From contig CBDCNQ010000004.1 in the NCBI GenBank assembly GCA_965219445.1, positions 704,001 through 768,000 on the forward strand: a DNA stretch of 64,000 bases, given 5' to 3'. Positions 20,696 to 30,044 of this stretch are shown here, piece after piece; position 1 is the first letter of the stretch, and each line of letters opens with the position of its first letter. Both the position numbers and the translations under genes were made by a program. The notes beneath the pieces were generated by a model. That model did not search any database. It was given only the letters and a program-made list of their open reading frames with translations, and was not told the DNA's origin. This stretch comes from Longimicrobiales bacterium. Lineage in GTDB: Bacteria > Gemmatimonadota > Gemmatimonadetes > Longimicrobiales > Gaopeijiaceae.

Positions 20696-22537
20696 ATGAA
20701 TGAGATCCGCACCGTCCTCCCCTACTTCCGGCCGTACCGCACTGGCGTCATAGCGGGTCTGACGCTGGTCGTCGTCACCAATCTTTTCACGGTGGCAGGA
20801 CCGTACCTCATCAAGCTGTCCATCGACGGCCTGGGCGATCCGGATGTGACAATGGGCCGTATTTCGACCTACGCGCTCCTCATCGTGGCTGCCGCAGTTC
20901 TCGGAGGTGCCGCAAAGTACGGCATGCGGGAGCTTCTCAACGGTCTCAGCCGACGCATCGAGTGCGACCTCCGGAACGACTTTTTTTCACACCTCCTTCA
21001 GCTGGACGCGAGCTTCTACGGCGGAACGAGGACCGGGGATCTCATGGCCCGTGCCACGAACGACACGCAGGCGGTGCGGATGGCAACCGGGCCTGCCATC
21101 ATGTACTCGGTCAATACGCTCGTGAGCTTCCTGTTCGCTCTCGGATTCATGGTGTGGATCAGCCCGAGGCTCACGCTCTACGCCCTCATGCCAATCGTAT
21201 TCCTACCGCCGGTCGTGTTCGCGTTCGCGCGTGTGATCCACCAACGCTTCGAGAAGATTCAGGAGCAGTTCTCCACGCTCTCGACCATGGTGCAGGAAAA
21301 CCTGACAGGGATGCGCATCGTGCGGGCGTACGTCCAGGAGGAGAGTCAGTCACGGCACTTCGACGGCCTCAACCACCAGTACATGGACCGGAACATGGAC
21401 CTCGTGAAGGTGGCGGGCCTGTTCCACCCGATCCTGGCGCTCTTCTCGGGATCAGCGATGGTCGTCGTGCTTTGGCTCGGCGGTCTCGAAGTCGTTGCCG
21501 GACGCATCACGCTCGGCGACTTCGTCGCATTCGGGATCTACGTCGCGCTGCTCGTCTGGCCGCTCATCGCCCTGGGTTGGGTCGTCAACCTGTTCCAGAG
21601 AGGTGCGGCCAGCATGGGCCGCCTCAACAAGATCTTCGAGACCGAGCCAGCCATCCGCACCCCCGAGAACCCCGTGCGCCTCGCCGAACCGCGTGGCGGC
21701 GTCGAGTTCCGGGGAGTCTCGTTCCGCTATCCGGGCACGGAGAGGCTGGTGCTCGAGGACGTCTCTTTCACCGCCCATCCGGGTCAGACCGTGGCGGTCG
21801 TTGGTCCCACCGGCTCGGGCAAAACCACGCTCGTGGCGTTGATTCCCAGAATTTACGACGTGACGGGCGGCCACGTCCTGGTCGATGGTGTGGATGTGCG
21901 CGATCTGGACCCGGGGGACCTACGCTCGCTCATCGGCGTGGTGCCGCAGGATCCATTCCTCTTCTCGACGACCATCGAGGAGAACATCGGACTGGGACTC
22001 GACCTCGCCTCGGCATCGAGCGCAGAGGATTGGACCCAGGAGGAACGCCGGGCGCACAGCGTGCCGGAGGGCCCCATCGAAGACCCCGACGAAGCCGTCG
22101 TGGAGGCCGCCCGGGTCGCGCAGCTCGACGAGTCGATCCAGGGGTTCGCGAAGGGCTGGGAGACACTGCTCGGCGAGCGGGGAGTCAACCTTTCGGGGGG
22201 GCAGAAGCAACGCACCACGTTGGCCCGCGCCGTGGCGCGCGACCCAAGAATTCTCGTCCTGGACGATGCCCTGAGTGCTGTCGACACGCACACCGAGGCG
22301 CGCATTCTAGACGATCTGGCGCGCGTGATGGAAGGCCGGACTTTCTTCATCATCAGCCACCGCGTGTCAGCCGTGATGAACGCAGATCTCATTCTCGTTT
22401 TGGACGGTGGCCGGATCGTGGAACGGGGCCGGCACGCCGACCTCATCACACTGGGGGGGACCTACGCCCAGCTGTTGCACCGGCAAATGCTCGAGCAGGA
22501 TATCGAGTCCACACCTGTGGGTGCGGCTGGGGACTGA
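20696..22537 (+). CDS. ABC exporter, fused TMD-NBD (MdlA/YheI-like half transporter)
   Basis: Six-TM domain; GPTGSGKT, LSGGQKQR, LDDALSAVD, SHR. Confidence 0.9.
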   Translation: MNEIRTVLPYFRPYRTGVIAGLTLVVVTNLFTVAGPYLIKLSIDGLGDPDVTMGRISTYALLIVAAAVLGGAAKYGMRELLNGLSRRIECDLRNDFFSHLLQLDASFYGGTRTGDLMARATNDTQAVRMATGPAIMYSVNTLVSFLFALGFMVWISPRLTLYALMPIVFLPPVVFAFARVIHQRFEKIQEQFSTLSTMVQENLTGMRIVRAYVQEESQSRHFDGLNHQYMDRNMDLVKVAGLFHPILALFSGSAMVVVLWLGGLEVVAGRITLGDFVAFGIYVALLVWPLIALGWVVNLFQRGAASMGRLNKIFETEPAIRTPENPVRLAEPRGGVEFRGVSFRYPGTERLVLEDVSFTAHPGQTVAVVGPTGSGKTTLVALIPRIYDVTGGHVLVDGVDVRDLDPGDLRSLIGVVPQDPFLFSTTIEENIGLGLDLASASSAEDWTQEERRAHSVPEGPIEDPDEAVVEAARVAQLDESIQGFAKGWETLLGERGVNLSGGQKQRTTLARAVARDPRILVLDDALSAVDTHTEARILDDLARVMEGRTFFIISHRVSAVMNADLILVLDGGRIVERGRHADLITLGGTYAQLLHRQMLEQDIESTPVGAAGD

Positions 22538-22650
22538 GACACAGCGGGGACGCGGGGGCAGCAGGCGAAGAAGACACGGCAGGAACTGGAGAGTCGTCGT
22601 GGGCGTTCCTCGGTTGAGAGTCTTGTCCCGAAGCATGCTGGAGCACCCTC

Positions 22651-22980
22651 TTGAGTACCATCCGACTTACGCATGCCCCGAGCGGTACGATCCTGGCTGA
22701 GGGCCCGAAGGGCTTGGGTGGTGTCACGCCGTTCGAGGGCAACTTCTACGTTCGGCGGAAGTACCTCCTCACCGACGCCCTTAAGGCGAACGGCGTGCCC
22801 GGGCTGTGCCCCTACAAGTTCCTGTACGTGTGGCTGGATCTGAAACTCGAGGGTTGGGAGCCCTCGAAGTTCATAGGCTGGCTCTACTGGCTACCGAACC
22901 CGCTCCTGCCGTTCATCTGGTGGAGGGTGGCGCTTCCGGGGAATCACCCCGAGGTACACGTGGAAGTGTTGGAGGACTGA
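22651..22980 (+). CDS. DUF427-like protein
   Basis: EGNFY, CPYK and WxYxxPxP motifs; GGAG RBS before TTG. Confidence 0.55.
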   Translation: MSTIRLTHAPSGTILAEGPKGLGGVTPFEGNFYVRRKYLLTDALKANGVPGLCPYKFLYVWLDLKLEGWEPSKFIGWLYWLPNPLLPFIWWRVALPGNHPEVHVEVLED

Positions 22981-23083
22981 GGGTCCGCCTTCATCCCCAG
23001 CCACCTGGCCCCAGCCCGGCGGCAGCCCTAATCTCTCCATCGGGGCCCAGGGTTCTTACCACGAAAGATGAACGGAGCCATCC

Positions 23084-23341
23084 ATGATCGATCCGTCGTC
23101 GGCCCGGATTCGGTTGGTGCTCGGAGTGCTATTTCTGGCCGCTCTCGCCCCACCGCTAGCCGGTTCGGCCCAGACTCCGCAGGGGGGCGACTCGGTCCTC
23201 GCCACTCCCCGCCAGAGCTACGACGCAAGTGCGTTTCGAGCGTTCTCATTTCTCAGGCAGCAGACTCCACTGATCTCGGTGACGGTGGCGAAGTCCGACG
23301 AGACCACCAGAACGCTCATTGGCCTGGGCTTCTCCTTCTGA
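23084..23341 (+). pseudogene. 85-aa internally deleted paralog of the Omp85 protein at 26512-29085
   Basis: Signal peptide + DSVxxxxxQxYxA N-terminus joined directly to a barrel-type C-terminus (ISVTVAKSDETTRTLIGLGFSF). Confidence 0.6.
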
Positions 23342-23409
23342 CCGTGGCAGAACGCACGACGCCGGGCGGGATCACGACGAAGGAGGATCCGAGCGAAGTC
23401 AGGCTCGGC

Positions 23410-25527
23410 GTGTCCGCCGTGGAGGAGCGCTACGTCAACCGGGAGCTGAGCTGGCTTTCGTTTAACGAACGGGTGCTCCAGGAGGCCGAGAGTTCTTCGG
23501 TGCCGCTTTTGGAGCGTATCAAGTTCCTCGCCATTTTCTCCTCCAACCTCGATGAGTTCTTCCGTGTACGGGTAGCGTCCCTGAGGAGCCTTCTCCGGCT
23601 CCGCCGGAAGAAGCGGAAGAAGAAGGGGTTGGATCCGACCAAACTGCTTCGTGAGATCCATGCCCTGGCCTTGGCCCAACAGGAGCGCTTCGGCCAAACA
23701 TTCCGTGATGACATCCTTACGGGACTGCAGGACGTGGGTATCCACCTGATCGGCGAGGGAGGGGCCGATGAAGAACATCGGGCAATCGTGGAAGAATACT
23801 TCGTCGAATACGTGGCTGAGTTCCTGGAGCCGGTGATCCTAGGGCGGGAAGACACACCACCCTTCCTCAAGGACCACACATCGTATCTGGTGGCGGAGCT
23901 GCAACCCGGCCCCGGGATCGAAACGCGCAACGCAACCTCTGAGCTGGGAATCGTCGAAGTCCCCAGCCCACCCTTGCCTCGGTTCTTGTCGGCCCCTGTG
24001 CCCGGCGAAGGCCGAAACATCGTATTCTTGGACGATATCATCCGCCTGAATCTTCACCGCGTGTTTCCAGAACGTGTGGTTTCGGGCGCGTACGCGATAA
24101 AGGTTTCGAGAGACGCGGACCTCTACCTGGATGACGAATTCGACACCGGCCTGCGCCAAGCAATCAAGAAGAGCCTGGGGAAGCGGGCCACGGGCACCCC
24201 CATCCGTTTTCTGTACGACATGCGTTCCCCGCACACCGTGGTCACCCGACTTTCGAGCTCCTTCGGACTCGGAGAGGGAGACCTGATCGAGGGAGGCCGC
24301 TACCACAACCTCAACGACCTCACCGGGCTCCCCGTGGGCGATCTTCCGGAGTTGGAGTATGCCCCGCTGGAGCCTCTTCCCCACCCCACACTGGAGGGTG
24401 GCCCATCGTGCCTGGATCTGATCCGGATCAAGGATCGTCTACTCCATTTTCCGTACCAGTCCTACGCGTATGTGGTGCGCCTTCTTCAGGAGGCTGCCGC
24501 GGACCCGGATGTGGAGGAGATCTGGATTTCGCTTTACAGGGTTTCCAGTGACTCCACGGTCGTACAGGCTCTGATCGAGGCAGTTGAAAAAGGCAAGGAA
24601 GTGACGGCTTTCGTCGAGTTTCAGGCCCGGTTCGACGAGGAACTAAATCTGGAATGGGCCGAGCGCATGGAGCTGGCCGGCATCCGCGTGATCCACGGGA
24701 CACGGGGCATCAAGGTCCATGCGAAGCTATGCCTGATCCGTCGCCAAGAGGGTGATGCAGGCCGCTTGTATGCGTTGCTCTCCACGGGCAACTTCAATGA
24801 AAAGACGGCTCGTGTTTACTCCGACCACGGACTCATGACGGCGGACCCACGACTCACGGTAGAGGTTCATCGCGTCTTTCGCCTCTTATTCGGAGAGGAG
24901 GTCGACGGCGGAAAGGAGGTCGAGCCCGAGTTCGAACATCTCTTGGTCGCCCCCCACCATCTTCGAGACGGCTTCAACGCCCTCATCGACGCCGAAATAG
25001 AGGCCGCGCAGCAGGGACGGCCATCGGGTATTACCGCCAAGATGAACAGCCTCCAAGACCGTGGCATCATTGACAAGCTGTACGACGCGAGCGCGGCCGG
25101 CGTGCCGGTTCGACTTGTGATTCGCGGGATCTGCTGCCTGCGTCCCGGGGTCGAGGGACTCAGTGACTCGATTGAGGTCACAAGCATCGTGGACCGGTTC
25201 TTGGAGCACTCTCGGATTTTCGTGTTCCACTCGGGCGGCGCCGAGAAGCTGTACCTCGCATCCGCCGATTGGATGACGCGAAACCTGAACCGACGGGTCG
25301 AAGTAGCATTCCCCATCTACGATCCCGACGTGCGCGAGGAACTTCTCCACGTTCTCGATCTACAGTGTGCCGATAACACCAAGGCACGGATCATCGATGA
25401 GCACCAACGGAATGCCTTCGTCCAGGAAACCGACGGAGCCACGGTACGCAGTCAGTTTGACACGCACCGATATTTGAGAGAACTCTTGGCAGATCATCCA
25501 GCGGTTGATTGGGTACTGAAGGAATGA
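23410..25527 (+). CDS. ppk1: Polyphosphate kinase 1
   Basis: NRELSWLSFNERVL, FLAIFSSNLDEFFRVRV, LLHFPY, ARFDEE, KVHAK, STGNFN, RGICCL, RFLEHSR, SADWMTRN; start reassigned to GTG ~23410. Confidence 0.95.
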   Translation: MSAVEERYVNRELSWLSFNERVLQEAESSSVPLLERIKFLAIFSSNLDEFFRVRVASLRSLLRLRRKKRKKKGLDPTKLLREIHALALAQQERFGQTFRDDILTGLQDVGIHLIGEGGADEEHRAIVEEYFVEYVAEFLEPVILGREDTPPFLKDHTSYLVAELQPGPGIETRNATSELGIVEVPSPPLPRFLSAPVPGEGRNIVFLDDIIRLNLHRVFPERVVSGAYAIKVSRDADLYLDDEFDTGLRQAIKKSLGKRATGTPIRFLYDMRSPHTVVTRLSSSFGLGEGDLIEGGRYHNLNDLTGLPVGDLPELEYAPLEPLPHPTLEGGPSCLDLIRIKDRLLHFPYQSYAYVVRLLQEAAADPDVEEIWISLYRVSSDSTVVQALIEAVEKGKEVTAFVEFQARFDEELNLEWAERMELAGIRVIHGTRGIKVHAKLCLIRRQEGDAGRLYALLSTGNFNEKTARVYSDHGLMTADPRLTVEVHRVFRLLFGEEVDGGKEVEPEFEHLLVAPHHLRDGFNALIDAEIEAAQQGRPSGITAKMNSLQDRGIIDKLYDASAAGVPVRLVIRGICCLRPGVEGLSDSIEVTSIVDRFLEHSRIFVFHSGGAEKLYLASADWMTRNLNRRVEVAFPIYDPDVREELLHVLDLQCADNTKARIIDEHQRNAFVQETDGATVRSQFDTHRYLRELLADHPAVDWVLKE

Positions 25528-26312
25528 GAAACGACCAAGAGCGGGCAGGCGGCAGGGTGAAATCCGATCAAGTTGACGCAGACCCGGAAGGCGACGCAGG
25601 GGAGACCACCCCAGATGTGGCACCTGACACGGTTCAGGGAGCAGTAGCGACGGCGGCGTCAGACAATGCCGATGCCACGCGGGAGGATGCCGAGGTCGAC
25701 TCGAAGAAGAAGAAAAAAAAGGATTCAGGGCTCGGATCGTCGCGAGGCATCGAGACCATGTTCCGGACCAGCTATCGTGTCCACCAGGATTTGGTCAGCC
25801 TGGCCGACACGAAAGCCAACATCATGATCAGCGTGAACGGGCTGATTATCTCGATCATTCTGGCCGCGGTCTCGCCCCGGATCGGCGGGCTACCCCTTCT
25901 CGTCCTCCCTACGAGCATCCTCCTCATAGGCTGTGTGACCGCGCTCGTATACGCCGTTCTGGCGGCGAGGCCACGCGTGAGCAACACTCCTCTGACCCTG
26001 GAGGATATCGCGCGGAACGATGCCAACATCCTGTTCTTCGGAAATTTCGTGAATCTTTCCGAAGCAGAATTCGTGGAGGGGATGCGCGACCTCATGCTGA
26101 CGCAGGACCACCTTTACGTAAACATGGTGCGAGACCTCTACGGGCTCGGGCAGGTGCTCAAAACCAAGTTCCAGCTCCTGCGGGTCTCCTATACCGTCTT
26201 CATGTTCGCCCTGGTGTTGGGCGTGGGACTGTTCGTCGTGGTGTTCGCTCTCGACGCGACCATCGCCAGGGACTTGCTCGAGCCGCAGGGGGCGCTCCCG
26301 CTTCTCCCGTAG
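25524..26312 (+). CDS. Pycsar effector-family (PycTM/DUF5706) membrane protein, no HD domain
   Basis: RGIETMFRT...LADTKANIMISVN, two TM, RP, NILFFGNF, DLYGLGQVLKTKFQLLRVSY, third TM; ATG overlaps ppk1 stop (ATGA). Confidence 0.82.
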   Translation: MRNDQERAGGRVKSDQVDADPEGDAGETTPDVAPDTVQGAVATAASDNADATREDAEVDSKKKKKKDSGLGSSRGIETMFRTSYRVHQDLVSLADTKANIMISVNGLIISIILAAVSPRIGGLPLLVLPTSILLIGCVTALVYAVLAARPRVSNTPLTLEDIARNDANILFFGNFVNLSEAEFVEGMRDLMLTQDHLYVNMVRDLYGLGQVLKTKFQLLRVSYTVFMFALVLGVGLFVVVFALDATIARDLLEPQGALPLLP

Positions 26313-26511
26313 TCACGTCGGCGGATTAGGCGGCCAGCCCTTCTTGCGTGGGTTCCATGGCGCTCGCAGGTTAACCCTGATTCAGACATCGGCCGTTTGG
26401 GATGAGCAGCTTCCGGTGACCGCGACAAACAACTTGATGGTTGAATCGTGGCGGGCTTTGGGCGCACGTCGGCTGGAGGCCGACTGCTTCACCGTCGTGG
26501 TGGAGAGGCGT

Positions 26512-29085
26512 ATGCGCCGATTCGTGTCGGTAGTCTTGGCTTGCTCGCTGCTCGCCCCATCGCTCAGCGCCCAGGCAGGTGGGCCTGCCCCGCCCACAAG
26601 CGACTCCGTCACGGTCGTTTCCGGGCAACAATACGAAGCCGGCGGCCTGTTCATGACCTTCATGGGCCGTGGGTACCGCGACCTTTGGACCACACCCATC
26701 CGCGTGCCCGTGGCCGACCTGTCCCTGTGGGGTGGCGGCGGGTTGACGCCCTTCGATGTCGGCGGTGGCTTGACCACACAGACGCTCCACCTCCGCGGAG
26801 CCGACGGCAGACGCTACGTACTACGATCGGTAGACAAGTTTCCCGGAGCGTTGGGCGAGGAACTGCAGGGAACCCCGGTCGAGGCGCTCATTCAGGACCA
26901 GTTGTCCTCATTTCACCCGTCGGGAGCCGTGATCACGGCAAGGCTTCTCGAAGCGGTCGGTGTACTCCATCCGCAACCACAACTCGTCCACGTCCCGGAT
27001 AGCCCGCTGCTAGGGGAGTACCGCGAGCAGTTCGCCGGTATGCTGGCGCTCTTCGAAGAGCGGCCGGACGATCTGCCCGATGGAGAGGCCGGCTTCGCCG
27101 GCTCTCGACGGATCGAGCAGACCCCCGACCTGTTCGATGAGCTCGAAGAGGATCCCGGGGATCGCGTAGACCTCTATGAGCTACTCAAGGCTCGCCTGAT
27201 CGACATCCTGGTAGGTGACCGTGATCGTAGTGAGAACAACTACCTCTGGGCTCGATTCGACGATGTGGACGGCGGATACGTCTGGCGTCCCGTTCCCCGT
27301 GACCGGGATCAGGCATTCGTACGGTTCGATGGCGTCCTGAAGAGTATCGGCCGTTCTTACGACCGGCGTCTCGTCCGTTTCGGCGAAGATTACCCGGATA
27401 TACGGGGGCTCACCCGGAACGCCTGGGACATCGATCGCAATCTCCTGGTCGGGCTCGATCGAGCCACCTGGAATGCCACGGTAGAAGAGGTAGCCGCCTC
27501 GCTCACGGATGACGTGATCAGAGAGGCCGTCTCGCGTATGCCTCCAGAGCACTACGCAATTCTGGGGCCCGACCTCGAGGCAAAACTGAGGAGTCGTCGT
27601 GACGACTTAGCGGAGGCGGCTCGCGAATTCTACGAGATCGTTTTCGAGTGGTCCGATATTCATGCCACAGACGAAGACGAAGTGGCAACGATAGACCATC
27701 TCGAGGACGCAAGCATTCGTGTCTTGCTGCAGGAACGCGGTCCGAACGCGGAGCCACAGGGCTCGCCGCACTTCGAGCGCGTATTCTTCCCGGACGAGAC
27801 CCGAGAGATCCGGATCTACCTTCACGGCGGGGACGACCTGGCCCGAATCCGTGGCGCCGGCAATTCACCGATTGATATCCGCCTCGTTGGTGGCGGTGGC
27901 CGGGACGAGTTCGTCAACTCGTCTGCTGCGCGTGGGATCCGAGTCTTCGATGCCGGCGATGCCACGGTGAGGACCGGTCCAGGCATACGGTTCGCGAATC
28001 GGGGAGCCCCTCGCCCCTGGTCGTGGGCCGGTGAGTCTCTTCGCGTATTGGATTGGGGATCCCAGACTTCCCCCCAGGTCCGGATGGGGTTCGACGTCGA
28101 CCGTGGACTCATGTTAAACGTCGGCCTCAAGCAGACGACCTACGGCTTCCTCACCTACCCCTACTACTTGCGCACCCAGACGAGCGTCGGATGGGCGTTC
28201 GGACGATCGAAACCGTTCGTGGACTATAGGCAGTACTTCCGGGGCCTGTTCCGGGGTAGTGCGGATCTCAGCCTCCGAGCCAGCTACTCGGGAGTGGACG
28301 TGGTCAACTTTTATGGCTTGGGCAACGAGACCATAAAGGACGGGCCTTCAGACTTCTTCAAGGTGGATCAGGGTCAGTTCGTCTTTACCGGAACGCTGAG
28401 CTTCGGCGACGGCGAGAAGACGGAACTGGCCATCGGTCCTGTCTTCAAGCGGACCACATCCGACACGACGGGCACCGACAATTTTGTCGCGGACCGACAG
28501 CCGTATGGATCCGGAACGTTGTTGCAACTCGGAGTTCAGGCTTCACTCGACCAGGACGGGCGAGACCACCCGACATGGCCCACGAGGGGTTACCACCTTA
28601 CAGCGGGTACTGCTTACTACCCCGAAGTCCTCGATCTGGAGAGTTCTGTCGTGGAGGCCCACGGGGAGATTGCGGCCTTCCTGTCTCCCAGTGGCGGGAA
28701 CCCCACTCTGGCTACTCGCGTTGGGGGAAAACGCCTGTGGGGTGCGATGATCCCCTACTATGAGGCCGCCTTCCTCGGAGGGTCCGACAACATACGGGGA
28801 CCCCGCGAACAGCGCTTTGCCGGGCGCTCATCTCTCTACGGCAGTGCCGAGTTGAGAGTCGGCCTCGGGCGTTTCTTCTTCCTTTTCCCTGCCGACTTCG
28901 GGCTCTTCGGGTTCGGCGATGTGGGCCGCGTGTTTGAAGAGGGCACCCGGTTCGACGAATGGCACACCTCGTACGGCGGGGGCATCTGGTTCGCACCGGT
29001 GTTACGGGCGAACACCTTACAGGTATCGATGGCCAGGAGTGGGCAGCGAACGGCCATATACTTTGGGCTCGGCTTCGCCTTTTAG
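26512..29085 (+). CDS. Omp85/BamA-TamA barrel protein with N-terminal atypical kinase-like domain
   Basis: Signal peptide from ATG 26512; GxxYRDLW, GGGLTT, LRSVDK, GDRDRSENN, PRDRDQAF; barrel IRG..RFAG, FGDVGRV; C-terminal GLGFAF. Confidence 0.78.
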   Translation: MRRFVSVVLACSLLAPSLSAQAGGPAPPTSDSVTVVSGQQYEAGGLFMTFMGRGYRDLWTTPIRVPVADLSLWGGGGLTPFDVGGGLTTQTLHLRGADGRRYVLRSVDKFPGALGEELQGTPVEALIQDQLSSFHPSGAVITARLLEAVGVLHPQPQLVHVPDSPLLGEYREQFAGMLALFEERPDDLPDGEAGFAGSRRIEQTPDLFDELEEDPGDRVDLYELLKARLIDILVGDRDRSENNYLWARFDDVDGGYVWRPVPRDRDQAFVRFDGVLKSIGRSYDRRLVRFGEDYPDIRGLTRNAWDIDRNLLVGLDRATWNATVEEVAASLTDDVIREAVSRMPPEHYAILGPDLEAKLRSRRDDLAEAAREFYEIVFEWSDIHATDEDEVATIDHLEDASIRVLLQERGPNAEPQGSPHFERVFFPDETREIRIYLHGGDDLARIRGAGNSPIDIRLVGGGGRDEFVNSSAARGIRVFDAGDATVRTGPGIRFANRGAPRPWSWAGESLRVLDWGSQTSPQVRMGFDVDRGLMLNVGLKQTTYGFLTYPYYLRTQTSVGWAFGRSKPFVDYRQYFRGLFRGSADLSLRASYSGVDVVNFYGLGNETIKDGPSDFFKVDQGQFVFTGTLSFGDGEKTELAIGPVFKRTTSDTTGTDNFVADRQPYGSGTLLQLGVQASLDQDGRDHPTWPTRGYHLTAGTAYYPEVLDLESSVVEAHGEIAAFLSPSGGNPTLATRVGGKRLWGAMIPYYEAAFLGGSDNIRGPREQRFAGRSSLYGSAELRVGLGRFFFLFPADFGLFGFGDVGRVFEEGTRFDEWHTSYGGGIWFAPVLRANTLQVSMARSGQRTAIYFGLGFAF

Positions 29086-29171
29086 TGTGGTGGTCGCGGA
29101 GTCGGCGTGCCGACGAAATTTCTGCGCCAATGCTGACCCTCAACGTGAACTCGACTCGATTCGCAGACGCG

Positions 29172-30044
29172 ATGAGGCAAATCTGGACCTTCACGGTTCT
29201 CTCGGTCGTTGTTTCACCGATTGCCTTGTTTGCCCAGGATTGGGCGCTCGAGGCCGACCTCGAGCTGGCGAGCCACTACGAGTGGCGTGGTTTGCAGTTG
29301 GATCCGGGGCACAACGTCCAGCACGCCGTATATGGGTCTCTAGCCTGGCGTGAGATGATCTTGACGGCGGGGGTTTGGTCGCTAACGGATCTGTCGGCGG
29401 AAGCGGCGGTCGGCCTTCCGCGGCGCTGGGCCTTCGAGACGAACCCTTGGATCGAAGCCTCGTTGGGTGGGAACCGAGGTCACCTAGTGGCGGGGCTTAC
29501 ACGATATGCCTTCCGAAGTCCAGATCCGGGGACGGTCTTCAGGAGAGGGAACACCTGGGAGGTGTACGCCGGGGCACGAGGCGCCATGCCCGGGGCTCCC
29601 CTGCTGGGTGAGGCAACCGTCTTTTGGGACGTCGACCGGGTCGGCGGAGTCTATGGCGAACTCGCCGCCATACTTCAGATCCCGGTTTGGGTTGGACTGG
29701 TCGTGCCCATCGGATCGATGTTTCTGGAGGGCCGGAGTGGTTTCGCCCTGGGACAGGAACGCAGTGTCGACGACACCGACCCTTCCAACTACCTCTTTGA
29801 GGACCGGGGCATCACACACGTCGACGTCTCGCTTCGCACCACGCTTCTGCCGGTCCCCGCCGGTCCGTTCTCCGCGTCACTTACCCTGGATGCCCACTGG
29901 GCCCGGGGCCTGGATCCGGAGACGAAACGACTGGGGGTGCGAGTCGCCGGGAGTCGCGACAGGACCCGGTGGTGGTGGGGCTTTGGGTTACGATTCACCC
30001 TTCCTCGTTGCCGTCCAGAAAGAGAGCTATGTCAAGATCTGTAA
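29172..30044 (+). CDS. Putative outer-membrane porin (TorF/Gcw_chp-like)
   Basis: Signal peptide from ATG 29172; SHYEWRG motif; amphipathic beta-strands; aromatic-rich C-terminal strand. Confidence 0.5.
   Translation: MRQIWTFTVLSVVVSPIALFAQDWALEADLELASHYEWRGLQLDPGHNVQHAVYGSLAWREMILTAGVWSLTDLSAEAAVGLPRRWAFETNPWIEASLGGNRGHLVAGLTRYAFRSPDPGTVFRRGNTWEVYAGARGAMPGAPLLGEATVFWDVDRVGGVYGELAAILQIPVWVGLVVPIGSMFLEGRSGFALGQERSVDDTDPSNYLFEDRGITHVDVSLRTTLLPVPAGPFSASLTLDAHWARGLDPETKRLGVRVAGSRDRTRWWWGFGLRFTLPRCRPERELCQDL

Noticed and set aside
23068..23409. 114-aa N-terminal extension of Ppk1 in the ORF track
   Set aside because: Low-complexity and overlaps the 85-aa Omp85 remnant; homology begins near NRELSW
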